The position numbers were made by a program, and so were the translations under genes. From contig OY760937.1 of the NCBI GenBank assembly GCA_963664225.1, forward strand, positions 1,728,001 to 1,792,000: DNA of 64,000 nucleotides, read 5' to 3'. Position 1 is the stretch's first letter, and the number at the start of each line of letters is the position of its first letter. This document shows positions 60,430-64,000 of the stretch, one piece after another. The notes beneath the pieces are model-generated. The model searched no databases, was not told where the DNA came from, and was given only the letters and a program-made list of their open reading frames with translations. Source of the DNA: Verrucomicrobiia bacterium. GTDB lineage: Bacteria > Verrucomicrobiota > Verrucomicrobiia > Limisphaerales > UBA1319.

Positions 60430-61179
60430 TCAGGCGCTCAAGGACTCCGTTCCGCTGTCGTTGGAATCGAATAATTCAGGCTTTCCGATCATGCGGGAAA
60501 GCATCGACTGCAGGGCCCGTTCCGCAGCCTCCACTGCGTTGAGCGCGCCTGGGATGTTGCCCGCCATCACCGCCAGTTCCAAGCTCACCATGGTTTGTGA
60601 GAATCCGTATAAATCCAATTTGCGCGCCCGGGCCAACAAAGCCCCGGCCAATTCCCATGCACCAAGCCGGTCGTTGACGTTCAGCCATTGCCGCAATTTT
60701 GCCAGGTCACGTTCGGCTGTTTCAAGAAATGCCAGGCATCCGTCTATTAACGGTTCGTTCGGAGTGACCTCTTTCAAACCCTCTGGTGCTGGTTGATCCT
60801 TTGTCGGGGGAGCGCATTGGGTGGCGCGCTCAAAAACCCGTCTGACGGTTTCCTGTGTAAACGGTTTTAAGATGTAACCTTCCACATCGAGGGAAACCGC
60901 GGTTTTGATCGACGCTCTGTCTCTGACCAGGGAGCAAAAGATGACTTTGAGCCGCTTAAAACGATCATCCTGACGGAGACGTCGAAGCAATTGGATCCCG
61001 TCCATGCGCGGCATCGTGATTTCCAAAAGGCATAGATCGGCCGCCACGCCAGCATCCAACTGATTCCAGGCATCCAGGCCATCTTCGGCCTCAACGACTT
61101 CGACGTCCTGGGCCTGGCTGAAAATTTGCCGAAGCAGTGCTCGCGTTACCGCATCGTTGTCCACGATCATTAACTTCAT
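60430..61179 (-). CDS. Atypical receiver-domain protein with HPt-like tail
   Basis: MKLMIVDND...LLEITMPRMDG...YILKPF. Confidence 0.8.
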   Translation of the reverse strand: MKLMIVDNDAVTRALLRQIFSQAQDVEVVEAEDGLDAWNQLDAGVAADLCLLEITMPRMDGIQLLRRLRQDDRFKRLKVIFCSLVRDRASIKTAVSLDVEGYILKPFTQETVRRVFERATQCAPPTKDQPAPEGLKEVTPNEPLIDGCLAFLETAERDLAKLRQWLNVNDRLGAWELAGALLARARKLDLYGFSQTMVSLELAVMAGNIPGALNAVEAAERALQSMLSRMIGKPELFDSNDSGTESLSA

Positions 61180-61351
61180 AATTCGCAATCCAGAATTGAC
61201 CCCACCATCGCCCTGTTTTCCCGGGCCCCATGTTGCTTCTTGTGAAGAACCGGCCAACCCGACAATCCTCATCCCGAAGATTTCCGGATAGCGGCGCAAA
61301 AACCAGCAACTCTCATGCCGAAGAGCCTCAGCTCGAGATATTTGATGAACA

Positions 61352-62452
61352 TTACTTAATTCCGGATTGCAGCCACTTCGCCGCTTTTCTATGCGCGGCG
61401 GCGAACGGGAATCGGCCCAATTGGTCCATCGTCAGCCATCTCATTGACGAATCCCGCAGAGTTGGAGGGTGAGAGACGCATCCGCGAAACACATGCATCA
61501 CAATCCGATGATGCGTAATGGAGTGTCGGATCTCTCCCAGCTTGTGTCCCAGTTCAGGACGGAACCCGAGGATTATTTCCACCACTGCCAGTGATTTGTC
61601 CATGCCAGAGGAGGAAGACTCCACACTTGGAAACTCCCATAAGTGTGCATTTACGCCATTTCCGGAGCGTTGACAGGCCAGCACGCGGCCATTGTTTTCG
61701 ATAATCCAACATACCAATTTTTTATGGACAGTTTTGGTCCTGATTTTGGGCGGTGGAATAATCCCAGTCAGACCGGACAGATAAGCGAAGCAAAAACGTT
61801 GCACGGGACATCGGTCGCACCGGGGCTGGCGAGGTGTGCAGATAAGAGCTCCCAGTTCCATCAACGATTGATTCAAATGACTGCATTGAAGACCCATGGG
61901 CGACTTCCGGCGATGCGCCGCCTCCACCAACTCCGCCGCTCGCAGCCAGAGAAATTGGTTTGTTTCTTTCGCGCGCGGATCCGTCCGAATTCCCAGAATC
62001 CGGCATAAAACCCGGGTGACATTGCCATCGAGAATCGGTTCCGGCTGGTTAAAGGCGATGCTGCAGATCGCTCCAGCGGTGTATCGACCGATGCCGGGCA
62101 ACGCGAGCCAGCCTTCCAGGTCCATGGGCAAACGGCCTTCCTGCGTTTCCACCAGCCATTGCGCGGCGCTTCGCAGGTTTCTCGCGCGGGTGTAATACCC
62201 CAGTCCCTCCCAAAGCTTGAGCACCTTTTCTGCAGGGGCGGAGGCAAGCGCCTGCACCGTGGGAAAGGCCTTAATCCAACGTTCCCAATAAGGCACCACG
62301 GCGACCACCTGGGTCTGCTGCAACATGGCTTCTGACACCCATATCGCATAGGGATCGCGCGTTCGCCGCCAGGGCAAGTCCCGAGCGTTGTCGGAATACC
62401 AATCCAGTAATTTGGAAACGATGGCAGCGATTTTTCTTTGATCCGGCGTCAC
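61352..62452 (-). CDS. mutY: A/G-specific adenine glycosylase; start approximate
   Basis: WVSEAMLQQT, WEGLGYY.RARNL, LPGIGRYTA, DGNV.RV, 4Fe-4S Cys motif. Confidence 0.93.
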   Translation of the reverse strand: MTPDQRKIAAIVSKLLDWYSDNARDLPWRRTRDPYAIWVSEAMLQQTQVVAVVPYWERWIKAFPTVQALASAPAEKVLKLWEGLGYYTRARNLRSAAQWLVETQEGRLPMDLEGWLALPGIGRYTAGAICSIAFNQPEPILDGNVTRVLCRILGIRTDPRAKETNQFLWLRAAELVEAAHRRKSPMGLQCSHLNQSLMELGALICTPRQPRCDRCPVQRFCFAYLSGLTGIIPPPKIRTKTVHKKLVCWIIENNGRVLACQRSGNGVNAHLWEFPSVESSSSGMDKSLAVVEIILGFRPELGHKLGEIRHSITHHRIVMHVFRGCVSHPPTLRDSSMRWLTMDQLGRFPFAAAHRKAAKWLQSGIK

Positions 62453-62628
62453 ACGCACCACATACTGAGAAAAAACCCTCCTACGCAAGAGAAGAACCAC
62501 AGTTGAAGAACCAAAGCCACAGATTTACACAGATCCGCACAGATTCATAAAAAAGAAATTGATTCCGTTTGTGCTGTGCCAATCTGTGAGGGTATGCGGC
62601 TATTCCCGTGGCTGTCTTTGCGGCTGAT

Positions 62629-63009
62629 TCAAAAAACCATTCGTTTGAACTCCACTTTCGTTTTGCCAAAATTGATCAACAATCCGACTTTGATTCCGGT
62701 GGCTTTGAGCTCGTTGAGCAACTGCGCTTCGTCGGAAGGTTGGTATTCCACCGCCACTTTCAATTCCACGAGCACGCGTTGCTCCACCAGCAAATCGGCC
62801 GCGTAATCGCCCACACACACGCCTTTGTAACGAACCGGAATGGGATGCTCCAACTCCGCGTTGCGTCGGCGCATTTTCAACTCCACCTGCATCGCCCGCT
62901 GATAAACCTTCTCCAGATACCCATATCCCAATTCCCGCTGCACATCGAATGCAGCGCCGATGATATCGCGCGTCACCGGATCCCTTTCCGTTTGTGATTC
63001 TGTGTTCAT
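62629..63009 (-). CDS. GxxExxY protein (PD-(D/E)XK-like)
   Basis: LGYGYLEKVY, ADLLVE..VLVELK, GLLINFG. Confidence 0.9.
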   Translation of the reverse strand: MNTESQTERDPVTRDIIGAAFDVQRELGYGYLEKVYQRAMQVELKMRRRNAELEHPIPVRYKGVCVGDYAADLLVEQRVLVELKVAVEYQPSDEAQLLNELKATGIKVGLLINFGKTKVEFKRMVF

Positions 63010-63179
63010 CTGTGGCCAAATCAATCGCTCATCACCGGAGCTTTCTCCGTTTTCATCTCCATCCGAACAGAAGCATGATAATCTAATTGCCAATTAATTG
63101 AAATGGCAATCCCTGACGGGCGCATTTTTGTTTAAATTATGGCCGGACTTTTCTACATTGAGGCGTCATTGCTGAACTT

Positions 63180-64000
63180 GTGAAACCACTAACGAGCCAT
63201 ACTTGCCTGCTGAACGGGGACCAGGCCGCGATCTTGAAAGATTATTTGGAAGATCACGGATTCCTGTTTCGCGAGGTGCCGTACGCCCGCTTCGCCGCGG
63301 CCAACGACCTGGTCAACGTGGTCTATTACCAGAGCGGCAAGCTCGTCATCCAGGGCAAGGGAACACAGGAATTCGTCGAGTTCATCCTCGAGCCTGAGAT
63401 TCTCAAGGAAGCCAAAGTGGGCTATGAGAAGGTGCTTAATCCCGACCTACTTCTGCCTCGTGTGGGCGTGGACGAAAGCGGCAAGGGCGATTTCTTCGGG
63501 CCCATGTGTGTCGCGGGCGTGTATGTGAACGAGGCCGTCATCAGGGCGTGGGAGGACGCCGGCATCCGCGATTCAAAGCTCATTTCCAGCGACAAGAAGA
63601 TTGCCGAGCTGGCCAAAGTCATTCGCGAAACCCCGGGCTGCGTTCAGACCGTGGTGCCGATTGGCAACGAGGCCTACAACCGGTTGTATGCGAAAATGAG
63701 ATCGGTCAACGCGTTGCTCGCCTGGGGTCATGCCCGCGTGATCGAAAACCTCATGGGCCTGCGTTATAAAATGCAGCCGCCGCCCGTGCGCGCCATCAGC
63801 GATCAGTTTGCCAGCGAAAAAAGCGTGGTCTCGAAGGCCATGATGAGCATGGGCCGGGAGATCGAACTGGTCCAGAGGCACAAGGCTGAATCTGATATCG
63901 CGGTCGCCGCGGCCTCGATTCTGGCGCGTGACGAATTCGTGAGCCGACTCGCGCGCATGGAAAAACAGTTCGGCGTGAAATTTCCAAAAGGCGCTTCACC
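63180..64000 (+). CDS. rnhC: Ribonuclease HIII, truncated by window end; not in the ORF track
   Basis: Manual translation from GTG 63180: Y.SGKLVIQG, GVDESGKGDFFGP, GIRDSK, SDQF, VAAASILAR. Confidence 0.92.
   Translation, partial: MKPLTSHTCLLNGDQAAILKDYLEDHGFLFREVPYARFAAANDLVNVVYYQSGKLVIQGKGTQEFVEFILEPEILKEAKVGYEKVLNPDLLLPRVGVDESGKGDFFGPMCVAGVYVNEAVIRAWEDAGIRDSKLISSDKKIAELAKVIRETPGCVQTVVPIGNEAYNRLYAKMRSVNALLAWGHARVIENLMGLRYKMQPPPVRAISDQFASEKSVVSKAMMSMGREIELVQRHKAESDIAVAAASILARDEFVSRLARMEKQFGVKFPKGAS

Noticed and set aside
1..64000. Integron integrase, full RAYT, tRNA, rRNA or prophage genes
   Set aside because: No corresponding motifs seen in the ORF track or sequence

Overview
GC-rich bacterial chromosome window. 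Gene content, repeat style and C-terminal protein motifs suggest Verrucomicrobiota (inference). The backbone is housekeeping and metabolic: dnaG, shc, rpsA, leuC-family, mntH, dapF-dapA-dapB-folK, mutL, ychF, ldhA, mutY, partial rnhC, oxidoreductases, a two-component pair and three large secreted proteins. The unusual material is intergenic. (1) A tandem array of 7.5 units of ~296-307 bp after dnaG; each unit is the 3' end of an IS200/RAYT-type Y1 transposase gene plus three REP-like hairpins. (2) Four integrase-less mini-arrays of integron-type cassettes (attI-like leader plus attC sites, 10 ORFs), each beside these REP/tnpA remnants; one 1.5-kb array is duplicated in inverted orientation 17 kb away. 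(3) Two related IS110 elements with a CT core, whose non-coding left ends contain bridge-RNA guide segments matching their own donor junction and their REP-like insertion sites. All calls come from reading motifs by eye; no database searches were run.
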